Origin: Acidobacteriota bacterium
GTDB lineage: Bacteria > Acidobacteriota > Aminicenantia > Aminicenantales > Saccharicenantaceae
DNA: 64,000 nucleotides
Reading direction: 5' to 3'
NCBI GenBank assembly: GCA_028749205.1
Contig: JAQULR010000002.1
Location: 59,644 to 123,643, forward strand
Shown: piece after piece, positions 29,520-38,971 of the stretch
Position numbering within the stretch: the first letter of the stretch is position 1
Layout of the letters: each line of letters starts with the position of its first letter
Position numbers and translations under genes: made by a program
Notes under the pieces: generated by a model
What the model was told of the DNA's origin: nothing
Seen by the model: only the letters and a program-made list of their open reading frames with translations
Databases searched by the model: none

Positions 29520-30959
29520 ATGACCAATAAAAAAATTAGGGTTAATTTTAGAAAAAAATTATTTCCACTTGAGTGGCCAGAGCTGAAAAAACTCATGGAC
29601 CTGGCACTTTCTAAGGGTGGAGAATTTTCTGACATTTTTTTGGAATACAGGATTTCGCGTTCTGTCCTGATGGAAGAAGATATTATCAAAGAATCCTCGG
29701 AGAACCTTACCCGCGGCCTGGGACTGAGGGTCATAAAAAAAGACCGAACCGGTTATGCATATACCAACGACCTCTCAGATGAAAAGCTCAAACAAGTGGC
29801 TGCCAACGCTGCGGCCATAGCAAATTCGTCCAGGAGTTTTTGCTCCTCAAAGCAGTTCAAAACTCTAAGGCCAGAAAGAGATGTATCTTTAGTCAAGGGC
29901 TTCCCTACCTCCAGGCCTCTAAAGGATAAGCTTGACCTGGTTGAGAAAACCTACAGAGCGGCTCAGAATTTTGACCCAGCTATTAAGAAAATCCAGGTGG
30001 CCTACACAGAATCAAAGCAACAAATCTGGCTGGTTAATTCAGAAGGCTTGTCAGTTTTAGAAGATAGGCCAATGGTCAAAATAGTCGCCATGGTTGTAGC
30101 AGAAAAAAAGGGCCGCAAAGAAGCAGGATTTTCAGGCGGAGGCGGCCGAGTTGGTCTGGATTATTTCTCAAACAATCTTACTCCCGAAAAAATTGGCCGG
30201 GAAGCAGCCTGGGAAGCTATCCAATTGCTGGAGGCGGCTGAAGCCCCGGCTGGTGAGTTTACTGTGGTTCTAGGGCCCGGACATAGCGGCGTTCTTATTC
30301 ATGAGGCAGTCGGTCATTTACTGGAGGCTGATTTTGTCAGGAAAAAAACATCCATACTTTGGGATAAGCTGGGGAAAAAGGTAGGCTCTGAGCAGATTAC
30401 TATATATGACGATCCTACCATCTCGGGTCTAAGGGGTTCGTACAACTTCGATGATGAAGGCACCCCGCCCCAGCCAACTCTATTAATAGAAAAGGGGCAG
30501 GTCAGAGGTTTTCTTCAGGACCTGCTTTCAGCCCAGTTGATGAAATGTCGGCCTACAGGTCACGGACGACGCCAGGATTTTACTAATTGGCCGTTACCCA
30601 GGATGAGTAATACTTACCTTGAGCCCGGAGAATATCAACCCGAGGAAATTATCCGCTCGGTTAAAAAAGGCCTATATGTCAGCCGACTCTCGGGCGGCCA
30701 GGTTGAGGATTCTGGAAAATTTACTTTTTCAGCTTCTTCTGGATACTTGATTGAAAATGGTAAGTTGGGAAGACCTATAAAGCAGGCTACGCTTATAGGA
30801 ACTAATCTGGATATTCTACAGAAAGTAGAAATGGTTGGTTCCGATCTGGAATTTGATTGGCAAACCGGCACCTGTTCAAAGGAGGGTCAGGAAGTTCCTA
30901 TCTCAGATGGTTGTCCTACTATGAAAATCTCAAAGATGACTCTCGGGGGAATTAAATGA
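29520..30959 (+). CDS. tldD: TldD metalloprotease catalytic subunit
   Basis: HEAVGH (HExxxH), DDEG, PRMSNT, C-terminal GTCSKEGQ. Confidence 0.9.
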   Translation: MTNKKIRVNFRKKLFPLEWPELKKLMDLALSKGGEFSDIFLEYRISRSVLMEEDIIKESSENLTRGLGLRVIKKDRTGYAYTNDLSDEKLKQVAANAAAIANSSRSFCSSKQFKTLRPERDVSLVKGFPTSRPLKDKLDLVEKTYRAAQNFDPAIKKIQVAYTESKQQIWLVNSEGLSVLEDRPMVKIVAMVVAEKKGRKEAGFSGGGGRVGLDYFSNNLTPEKIGREAAWEAIQLLEAAEAPAGEFTVVLGPGHSGVLIHEAVGHLLEADFVRKKTSILWDKLGKKVGSEQITIYDDPTISGLRGSYNFDDEGTPPQPTLLIEKGQVRGFLQDLLSAQLMKCRPTGHGRRQDFTNWPLPRMSNTYLEPGEYQPEEIIRSVKKGLYVSRLSGGQVEDSGKFTFSASSGYLIENGKLGRPIKQATLIGTNLDILQKVEMVGSDLEFDWQTGTCSKEGQEVPISDGCPTMKISKMTLGGIK

Positions 30960-32302
30960 AACCTAAAGATGATACTAATAATCTAAGAAACCTGGCTGAA
31001 AAGATTGTCCATTATGGTAAAAAACAAGGAGCCGAGGAAATAGAAGTTACCCTTTATGATGGCCTGGAATTTAATGTGGATGTCAGACGGGGAAAAATTG
31101 AAAACCTGGTTGAGGCTGGTTCCAGATATTGTTCCCTGAGAGTTTTCAAGGATAAAAAAGCTGCTTCAGCCAGTTCTTCTGACCTAAGACTTCCAGTCCT
31201 CCAGACCTTGGTCAGAAACGCTATAAGGAGAGCTGAGCTAACCCAGCCTGATGAATATGCCGGATTACCTGTTTCAGCCACTTTTAAGGTAAACGAGAAC
31301 TCCCTTAGACTCTATGACCCCGAGATTTCCAGGATGAAGCCTAAAGAAAAAATCAAATTAGCTCGGGCTGCTGAAAAGGTTGCTCTCCAGGATAAACGGA
31401 TCACCAATTCTTTCGGAGCCAGCTTTTTGACCAACGAAATTAAGAGCCTGCTGGTTAATTCCAATGGCTTTGCTGGAGAGTATCGCCAGACTTATTGCAG
31501 TCTGAGCTTGGACCTTCAAGCTGGAAGTGGTGATCAGTTGGTCGAAGATTACTGGTTTTCTGCCAAGAGACATCTTAAAGATCTGGCCTCACCTGAAGAA
31601 GTAGGTAAAAAGGCAGTGGAAAGAACTGTTCGGCAACTTCATCCACGAAAGATTAGAACCCAGAATGTCCCGGTTGTTTTTGAACCCACCATGACTTCCT
31701 GGCTGCTGGCTTTCCTGTTTGCCTGTGTTTCAGGTACCGCTGTCTACCAGAAGACTACTTTCTTAGAAGGAAAGCTTGGTCAGACAATTGGTAACCGCTT
31801 AGTTACAGTAATAGATGATGGACTCCTGCCGGGGAAACTTGGTTCCAGGCCCTTTGACTCAGAAGGCGTTCCAACCCAGAGGACAGTAGTGGTCGAGAAG
31901 GGCTTGCTTCAAAACTATCTTTGTAATACCTATGCTGCCAGAAAACTTAAGTTGGTTCCTACCGGTAATGGGAATGGTCATAGCGTTGTTCCCAATAATT
32001 TTTTTATTGAGCCTGGAACGACAGCTCCAGAAGAAATCGTAAGTTCAACTCAAAAAGGTCTCCTGCTGACCAAAATCATTGGCCATGGTTTAAATCCAGT
32101 AACGGGAGATATCTCCTGCGGCGCTTTTGGCCTTTGGCTTGAAGATGGGGAAATTGCCTATCCAGTTTCAGAGATTACTATCGCTGGAAATCTCGGACGG
32201 ATTCTGAAAAGTATTGAGCTGGTCGGTAATGATCTGCAATTTGAAAGTTCCATCTGTGGCCCAACCATCAAGGTAGCCGAAATGACTGTAGCTGGAATGT
32301 AA
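30956..32302 (+). CDS. pmbA: PmbA/TldE partner subunit
   Basis: GSRPFDSEG, NPVTGDIS, PVSEITIAGN; lacks HExxH; overlaps tldD. Confidence 0.9.
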   Translation: MKPKDDTNNLRNLAEKIVHYGKKQGAEEIEVTLYDGLEFNVDVRRGKIENLVEAGSRYCSLRVFKDKKAASASSSDLRLPVLQTLVRNAIRRAELTQPDEYAGLPVSATFKVNENSLRLYDPEISRMKPKEKIKLARAAEKVALQDKRITNSFGASFLTNEIKSLLVNSNGFAGEYRQTYCSLSLDLQAGSGDQLVEDYWFSAKRHLKDLASPEEVGKKAVERTVRQLHPRKIRTQNVPVVFEPTMTSWLLAFLFACVSGTAVYQKTTFLEGKLGQTIGNRLVTVIDDGLLPGKLGSRPFDSEGVPTQRTVVVEKGLLQNYLCNTYAARKLKLVPTGNGNGHSVVPNNFFIEPGTTAPEEIVSSTQKGLLLTKIIGHGLNPVTGDISCGAFGLWLEDGEIAYPVSEITIAGNLGRILKSIELVGNDLQFESSICGPTIKVAEMTVAGM

Positions 32303-32312
32303 CCAGGCAATT

Positions 32313-32909
32313 TTAATTCTTAATTCTTTGCCCGTAGCGGTTTAGATGGACTACTTCCTCCAGTTTTCGCTTCGGCACATGCAGAACTTCTGTTTCATCT
32401 TTCCAGTATTTAACTGACCCCTTAAAATCTTCTATAACAGGTTTTTCAGCCGGATAACCAAGAGCCAGCACAGAATCAATCAGATATTTTTCCGGGATAT
32501 CCAGTGCATTTCTTAACCTGTCCCGATCTATGGAAATCAGCCAGCAGCTGCCGATGCCCTGGGTGAAAGCTCCCAGGATAATATTTTCAGCTGATGCTCC
32601 AACATCATGCTGATAGCCCTCCTTTCTGATCTCAGTGTTTACCAGGATTACGATATAGGCAGTTGGCTCCTGTCCGGGCTTGGGATTTCCGGCCGGATTT
32701 ATATAAGCTGCCCAGCGAAGGCCAGCAAACACCTTTTGCCTCACTGTCTGATCGTTCACCAGAAGAAATTCCAGGGGTTGAAGATTAGAAGCCGAGGGTG
32801 CCAGGCGCCCTAAATCTGCCAGCTCCAGCAGGATATTAGTCGGAATTTCTTCTGGTTGAAACTGCCGAATAGTTCTCCTGTTTTTAATCAAGGTAAAGAA
32901 ATCTTCCAT
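32313..32909 (-). CDS. Nitroreductase family protein
   Basis: RRTIRQF, APSASNLQP, GIGSCW, LGYP, VPKR. Confidence 0.88.
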   Translation of the reverse strand: MEDFFTLIKNRRTIRQFQPEEIPTNILLELADLGRLAPSASNLQPLEFLLVNDQTVRQKVFAGLRWAAYINPAGNPKPGQEPTAYIVILVNTEIRKEGYQHDVGASAENIILGAFTQGIGSCWLISIDRDRLRNALDIPEKYLIDSVLALGYPAEKPVIEDFKGSVKYWKDETEVLHVPKRKLEEVVHLNRYGQRIKN

Positions 32910-32932
32910 TGTGGCCCTCCTCCCTTCTTTTA

Positions 32933-34132
32933 TTATTTAAGGCTCTCGATTCCGGGCTCCGGTGCTTTTATCTTAAAAATAACATTGGCAAAAAGCAAGA
33001 TAATTCCAGCTATTAAGTACATAGATGGCAAACTCACAATTTCTGTCATCCAGCCAAAAAACATTGATCCCAGCCCCATTCCAGCATCAAAAAGCGAATT
33101 ATAAAGGCTGATGGCTAATCCTTTGTTTTCACGGCCCAAGAAATCAATCAGATAAGTACTGAGTGCCGGGAATATCATTCCCTGACCAAGTCCTCCAATA
33201 AAACCGGTGAATAGCAATAATGGCATTGATTTTATCTGGGAAATCAGCAAGAGATTCAAACCAATGATGAGGGCTGACAGAAATACTACCTTCTTTCGGC
33301 CGAAACTGTCTGAAAGACCACCCAGCTTAAACCTGGATAAGATAGCTGCCGCTGAGAAAACTAAAAAAAATGGACCGACTCGCCCCAGGTTCAGGTATTT
33401 GACCAGCAGAGGCATAAAATAAATTATCGCCCCTCTGATGGAACCATGGATGATCGGCATTGACCCGATTATCAGAAGCAGCAGCCAGGAAGACAGGCTT
33501 TTAAATCCCCGGACTGAAGTTTTAGCTTCATCCCGCTCTTCCCTTGGCAGTTCCTTGGTCAGGTTGACCAGGATAAAAGATAGAATTAAAAAAATCAGAC
33601 TGGTGTTAAACAAAGCAGGAAATCCCCAGTGCTTGATAATTTCTTCTCCCAAGGTAGGACCAACAGCGTTAGCCACTAACCCAGCCACCCCGACAATCCC
33701 AATAGACCTGGCTATACTTGGTACCGGAGCCAGGTCAGTACACATAGTGATAGTAGCCGTCATACTAATACCCCAACCGATGCCAGTTAGGGCTCTAAGA
33801 AAAACCGGTAGAGAGCCAGCGTCCTTAACCAGATGAAAAAGAGGTACGACTAAAATAAGAAGACCAATTCCCAGAAGGGAAAATCTCTTGCCACCCCGCC
33901 GATCGATCAGCCTGCCAAAAAAAGGCCTGATGGCAATGGCCGTCAGGCTATGAATTCCCATTATTAAGCCTACCTGACTTCCACGGGGCTCAAACTGCCT
34001 TAAATACAGCGGGAAAATAAAAAATAGGCTGATCGATAAGAACAGAAAAAAATAGGCTAATAAGCCTATGATAAAATCCCGGCTCCAGAGTTTGTTTTGA
34101 CGGCTAAGAGATGGTCTTTGAGGTAGTTTCAT
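32933..34132 (-). CDS. MFS transporter
   Basis: About 12 hydrophobic segments; GRLIDRRGGK and GGLSDSFGRK motif A. Confidence 0.9.
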   Translation of the reverse strand: MKLPQRPSLSRQNKLWSRDFIIGLLAYFFLFLSISLFFIFPLYLRQFEPRGSQVGLIMGIHSLTAIAIRPFFGRLIDRRGGKRFSLLGIGLLILVVPLFHLVKDAGSLPVFLRALTGIGWGISMTATITMCTDLAPVPSIARSIGIVGVAGLVANAVGPTLGEEIIKHWGFPALFNTSLIFLILSFILVNLTKELPREERDEAKTSVRGFKSLSSWLLLLIIGSMPIIHGSIRGAIIYFMPLLVKYLNLGRVGPFFLVFSAAAILSRFKLGGLSDSFGRKKVVFLSALIIGLNLLLISQIKSMPLLLFTGFIGGLGQGMIFPALSTYLIDFLGRENKGLAISLYNSLFDAGMGLGSMFFGWMTEIVSLPSMYLIAGIILLFANVIFKIKAPEPGIESLK

Positions 34133-34174
34133 TTCTGTTATGATTCAACCAGGAATATTCAAAAACACTAATGA

Positions 34175-34216
34175 TCCTAGATTACTCCCAAATAATCCAG
34201 GTTAACCTGCGTTATC
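34175..34216 (+). repeat. Dispersed element copy I (head + linker)
   Basis: tcctagattac-tcccaa-ataatccaggt-taacctgcgttatc. Confidence 0.82.
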
Positions 34217-34264
34217 AATGCAGGCGATTAAGAAACATAAAAATATCCTAATTTTGTCTTGATG

Positions 34265-34365
34265 TAAACAGGGTGCTGGCTGTTGGGGTTAGGGGAAAAT
34301 CTCAAAATAGGGGGATGATTGAAGGAGGGTATCCTTTGACTTTGCCCAGCCAGCAAAGCAAAGCC
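34265..34365 (-). ncRNA. Candidate structured sRNA/leader with C-rich anti-SD-like loops
   Basis: 9-bp IR tgctggctg/cagccagca enclosing CCCUCCUU, UCCCCCU and UUCCCCUAACCCC on minus strand; promoter TTGATT-N16-TATCAT with TGn just upstream. Confidence 0.35.
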
Positions 34366-34471
34366 ATATTTATGATATCAGAGTTTTTTAAAAAATCAAA
34401 TGTATGACAAAAAATAATTTAAGGGTCTAAAAATAATGACCACAACTTACTCCTATCCTGTTAGACACCTT

Positions 34472-36319
34472 TTACAATCCTAACTCATTTATTTTTTTGA
34501 TTATTTCTACAAATTCATCAGTTTCAGCCTCAGCATAGGTTTGCTCCAGCTCACTTAAGAGTTTAGCCAGTTTCCAGGCCAGATCAGATTTCAGAGGTTT
34601 CCATACCTGTCGCGGATCCTGGAAGACCTTTGGGTGAAGGTCGCCCACCGGTCGTCCCCGATCATCTTGAGGCAATTCCTGAAAAAGAATTTGGTTGACT
34701 ATAGTTAAAAAATGATCCCGCAAATTAATGAAATACATTAAACTGTAATATTCTTGTAAAAAACACCTTTCACTTAAGGATGCCTGGCTCAGAGCTTGAA
34801 GAAAGCCAGCGGGTGGTTCATAAGTATAGCATTCTTTCATAGCTTGAATGAGTTTATCGGTCTGAGAGACAGCCGCTGGTAGAGCTTCATTTAGATAAAA
34901 TTCCGAAAGCCGCTGTAAATCAAAATCAAAAGACAATTTTTGGCTTTTTTCTTTTCTGGACGACAGAACAAATACTGGTCTGCTGCTGCTAGCCAGATAG
35001 ATCTCTCTTCGATCGAAAAACCCATTACCATCAGTATCAAAATAACGAATTTCTCCGACTGCCGGCATCCCGGCAAAATTGCCTATCGGCAGCCAGCCTT
35101 CCTCTGCCCCGAAAAGATGAATTTTCTGATCAAGCTGGCTGTAATAAAGTTCAACAGAACCATCCAGGTTGTAGGCCACTTCTCTCCGGACATTCCATTT
35201 CTGGATATTGGAGGAAGAACCAGCCAGTTGTCTTCGCTCCCACAGCCAACCTATTCCATGCCCCTCAAATCCTTTAGACTCCGGTTGTCTATCCAGCTTC
35301 TCATCAGGAAATTCTTTCCAGGATAAACCGGCCCTCTGGGCCTGGTATCCTTGGATCTGATCTAAAATCATTTCATAGGGAATTGCCAGAGCTTCTTGAG
35401 GAGGCCTTCTTTTGTCAGAATAGATTCGGAATTCCTCAAGGTTATATTCTTGTTTTCCTTCCAGAACCAGCCCCAGGTCATAATGAAAAGGGTTTTCCAG
35501 GCTATTATTCCGATCAGCATCATAACTTATATCAAGGCTTCCGATGACTGGTCCAGTAGCTTCGTCCTCCAGATTAAAATGAACTACCAGGTCTGTTAAA
35601 CTGTCACTATTAAGGTCAAAGCTGGCTGCCGGACAAATCTCTGCCGGCCACCAGCTTCTTTTTGAGCCTTGGTAGATATTTTTAAAATAAAGCTTTTTAC
35701 CAGAAAAATTCTGGCTAAATCTCTCAGCCATCAAGTCCAGTGGATTTTTAAACTTAATGATTTCACCGATATGCTCAAAATCATAACCAAACCAACCCTT
35801 GACCAGATATCCTCTTTCAAAATACCGAACCTCCATAAAATCCGCCTGACCATCTCCGTTCTCATCCGCATAATCCACCATCAAATCTACCTGACCATCG
35901 CGGTTCAAATCATAAAGATAACAGTCATCATGAAAATCGCCACCGGCTTTAAGGCTGTTATCTCCATCATCATCAATTGTCCAGACCAAAATTTCAGCTT
36001 TAGTTCCTCCGCCAAGATCATAACTTTCAATCCTAACAGCCATCCTGTCTCTGGCTTCGCCACCTTCATCAAGTATCAACGTCTCCCCAGGGCTGAGGTT
36101 CTGGGCTTTCCTCCACCATTTCTTTGACTTTAGGCTGGGCATCCGACCTTGAACCGATAAGGCCGTTGACTTCATCCACCAGGGCCCGTCTCGGCCCTCG
36201 CCAGCCCTTAGAGGTTTACTGCCTGTTTTCCCCTGACCAATAAAGCCTGAAGTGCCTATAATTAGACTGGCAATCAAAACGATAAACAAAAAGGATCGAT
36301 ATCTGTTATTTTTGTTCAT
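34472..36319 (-). CDS. Exported hypothetical protein with multiple DxDxDG-type Ca2+-binding motifs
   Basis: 615-aa ORF, N-terminal signal/TM; DDDGDNS, DLNRDGQVD, DENGDGQAD, DLNSDSLTD, DTDGNGFFD. Confidence 0.8.
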   Translation of the reverse strand: MNKNNRYRSFLFIVLIASLIIGTSGFIGQGKTGSKPLRAGEGRDGPWWMKSTALSVQGRMPSLKSKKWWRKAQNLSPGETLILDEGGEARDRMAVRIESYDLGGGTKAEILVWTIDDDGDNSLKAGGDFHDDCYLYDLNRDGQVDLMVDYADENGDGQADFMEVRYFERGYLVKGWFGYDFEHIGEIIKFKNPLDLMAERFSQNFSGKKLYFKNIYQGSKRSWWPAEICPAASFDLNSDSLTDLVVHFNLEDEATGPVIGSLDISYDADRNNSLENPFHYDLGLVLEGKQEYNLEEFRIYSDKRRPPQEALAIPYEMILDQIQGYQAQRAGLSWKEFPDEKLDRQPESKGFEGHGIGWLWERRQLAGSSSNIQKWNVRREVAYNLDGSVELYYSQLDQKIHLFGAEEGWLPIGNFAGMPAVGEIRYFDTDGNGFFDRREIYLASSSRPVFVLSSRKEKSQKLSFDFDLQRLSEFYLNEALPAAVSQTDKLIQAMKECYTYEPPAGFLQALSQASLSERCFLQEYYSLMYFINLRDHFLTIVNQILFQELPQDDRGRPVGDLHPKVFQDPRQVWKPLKSDLAWKLAKLLSELEQTYAEAETDEFVEIIKKINELGL

Positions 36320-36343
36320 TTCAACAAGAAATCACATCTATTA

Positions 36344-36371
36344 TCCAGAATTATTCAAAAATAATCCAGAG
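36344..36371 (+). repeat. Dispersed element copy J (palindromic head)
   Basis: tccagaattat-tcaaaa-ataatccagag; extra half-site gccgagattattcataaaactt at 36427-36448. Confidence 0.7.
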
Positions 36372-36666
36372 TATCTTTCGTTTTTTGGGTCAATTGGACT
36401 GAATGTTTATCTGGTAACATTAATTAGCCGAGATTATTCATAAAACTTTCCCTACTCTGAGATTATTATTAATGGTTGAGAAAAAAATGGTAACATCTTT
36501 TATTAGAAAATAATCATAGAATTTTCGGGAAAAATTATGATAATTCTAAGCCTGCCTGAAATCCTGCCATAAAAAACGTAAGTTGATTTATAAAATCCAT
36601 CCAGATAGATTTATATCGTCGAGTGGGGCAAATATTGGTATAATTAACCACCGTGAGGCAGTTTAG

Positions 36667-38079
36667 ATGTATCCTAAGATAATTCAGGCAGTCGAAAGGC
36701 AAATCCGGCCAAAATTAAATCCAGAATTCGACTATCAATTCCTTCCCTTAGGCAAATTTATAGTCTGGTATCGGGATCTAGCCAAAGAAAACTCGGAGAA
36801 GATTAGAATCGGTCTGGAAAGAGAAAATGGCCTTCTGGCCGGCTGGACAGATAAAATCCTTCCTTTATCAGAGGAAACACTGCCTCTAACCCAGGTCTAT
36901 GTTGAAAAATTGATAAAATTTTTACTCTGGCAAAAAGGCGGTTGGAAAATCTATTTCCAGGGCCCCGAGCTAATTTACCAGCACCTTAAAAAACTGTATT
37001 CTTCCCAGGGTCAAAGAGGATTTGATGTCGATTTAATGAGTTCAGTTTACGGAAAACCTTTTGAAGTGATAATGGTTTCAGCCGGTCAGTTTCCTGAAGA
37101 TAGAGAAAGCCATCTTATCCTCGGAGGACACTTAGATGGTTGCCGCCTGGGTTTTGACCTTGGAGCCAGCGATTTTAAGGTAGCCGCAGTTAAGGAAGGT
37201 CAGGTGGTCTTCAGCCAGGAAATCCCCTGGAATCCCCAGGAACAACCTGACCCTTCCTATCATTATCATCATCTTCAGTCTGGACTCAAAGAAGCCGAGA
37301 CTCATTTACCAAAGGTTCAAGCTATCGGAGGAAGTGCCGCTGGAATTTACATTAACAATCAGGTCAAAATCGCCTCTCTCTTTCGAGCAGTTCCAAAAAG
37401 CATTTTTGAAAAAAAAGTAAAAAATCTATTTGTCGAAATGCAGAAAGAATGGGCTGTTCCTTTTGAAATCATCAATGATGGTGAAATCACCGCCCTGGCC
37501 GGTCATCTCAGTCTCAACCGGACAGCCATTCTGGGGATAGCCATGGGTTCAAGTGAAGCCGGAGGTTATTTGAATTCAAAAGGCCATTTACCCGGTTGGC
37601 TGGATGAGCTGGCTTTTGCTCCGGTTGACCTGAATCCAGCGGCCGCTGTGGATGAATGGTCGGGCGATCGGGGCGTAGGGGCCATGTACTTTTCCCAGCA
37701 GGCTGTAAACAAACTGGCTACGACAGCCGGCTTCAGCTTTTCCGGGGCAGAAAACCTTCCGGTTAGACTTAGAAAAATCCAGGGCTTTGCTGAAAAGGGG
37801 AATGACCGGGCTGTCAGGGTTTTTAAAGATCTCGGAATTTATCTGGGATATACCATCCAGCTTTACTCCCTTTTTTATGATTACAGAAATCTGTTGATCC
37901 TGGGCCGGGTAACCTCTGGTCTGGCTGGTGAACTGATCAAACAAGAGGCCGAAAGAGTCCTGATTGAAGAATTTCCTGAATTAAAAGAAAAGATAGAAAT
38001 TCATCTAACCGATGAGAAGGGCCGTCGAGTGGGGCAAGCGGTAGCGGCTGCTACTTTACCAGAGATTAAAAAATCATAA
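36667..38079 (+). CDS. ROK-family (ASKHA fold) sugar kinase-like protein with N-terminal extension
   Basis: GFDLGASDFK, INDG, GIAMGSSEAGG, ILGRV; first gene of nagB cluster. Confidence 0.75.
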   Translation: MYPKIIQAVERQIRPKLNPEFDYQFLPLGKFIVWYRDLAKENSEKIRIGLERENGLLAGWTDKILPLSEETLPLTQVYVEKLIKFLLWQKGGWKIYFQGPELIYQHLKKLYSSQGQRGFDVDLMSSVYGKPFEVIMVSAGQFPEDRESHLILGGHLDGCRLGFDLGASDFKVAAVKEGQVVFSQEIPWNPQEQPDPSYHYHHLQSGLKEAETHLPKVQAIGGSAAGIYINNQVKIASLFRAVPKSIFEKKVKNLFVEMQKEWAVPFEIINDGEITALAGHLSLNRTAILGIAMGSSEAGGYLNSKGHLPGWLDELAFAPVDLNPAAAVDEWSGDRGVGAMYFSQQAVNKLATTAGFSFSGAENLPVRLRKIQGFAEKGNDRAVRVFKDLGIYLGYTIQLYSLFYDYRNLLILGRVTSGLAGELIKQEAERVLIEEFPELKEKIEIHLTDEKGRRVGQAVAAATLPEIKKS

Positions 38080-38102
38080 TAATAGAAAGGAGAAATCAGT
38101 AG

Positions 38103-38885
38103 ATGGAAATCATAGTTCAGCCTGATAGCCAGAAGGCCAGCTGGTTGGCCGCCAAGCTGATAAAAAAAATTATCCTCGAAAAGCCCCGGCCAGTTATCGG
38201 ATTGGCTACCGGCAATACTCCACTGTTTCTCTATAAATTGCTAATAAAAATGTACCGAGAAGGAAGCCTGGATTTTAGTCGAGTTGTTACCTTCAACCTT
38301 GATGAATATGTCGGACTATCTCCTGGTCACCCCTCCTCCTATCATCATTTTATGTGGGAAAATCTATTTAGCCAAATAAACATTCGACCCGAGAGCGTCC
38401 ATTTTCCAAATGGGCTGGCTGCTGACCTTCAAGCTCATTGCCAAGATTATGAGCAAGAAATTGAAAAGGCTGGAGGAATAGATATTCAGGTTTTGGGTAT
38501 AGGAGTTAACGGTCATATTGGTTATAACGAACCAACTTCATCTCTATCTTCCCGGACAAGAATTGAGATCTTAACTGAGCAGACCAGGAAGAGCAACGCA
38601 GTTTTTTTTGGGAGTAAAGACGAGGTTCCCTTCAAGGCCATTACCATGGGAATCGGGACAATTCTTGAGGCCAGAATCTGTTTGTTAATGGCTTTTGGCC
38701 AGAAAAAAGCCCGGGCTGTGGCTCAGGCTGTGGAAGGTCCTTTAACCGCCATGGTTCCTGCTTCCGCTTTACAACTGCACCCTCAAGCTATTGTCCTGCT
38801 GGACCAGGATGCAACTACTGAGCTGAAGTATCTTGATTACTATAAATGGGTCTATGACCATAAGCCAGAATGGCAAGAATACTAA
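38103..38885 (+). CDS. nagB: Glucosamine-6-phosphate deaminase
   Basis: GLATGNTP, TFNLDEYVGL, LGIGVNGHIGYNEP, AITMGIGTI, PASALQLH. Confidence 0.95.
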   Translation: MEIIVQPDSQKASWLAAKLIKKIILEKPRPVIGLATGNTPLFLYKLLIKMYREGSLDFSRVVTFNLDEYVGLSPGHPSSYHHFMWENLFSQINIRPESVHFPNGLAADLQAHCQDYEQEIEKAGGIDIQVLGIGVNGHIGYNEPTSSLSSRTRIEILTEQTRKSNAVFFGSKDEVPFKAITMGIGTILEARICLLMAFGQKKARAVAQAVEGPLTAMVPASALQLHPQAIVLLDQDATTELKYLDYYKWVYDHKPEWQEY

Positions 38886-38971
38886 GGATCAGGATCCCAA
38901 CCTGGTATTTTGACTTAATTTTCCAGCCTGTGATATAAGAATTTAATCATAATCTTAATGAGGGCTGGAAA

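Noticed and set aside
38901..38928. cctgg...ccagc pseudo-palindrome between nagB and the symporter
   Set aside because: Arm spacing is 17 rather than 16 and the GATTAT/ATAATC core is absent.
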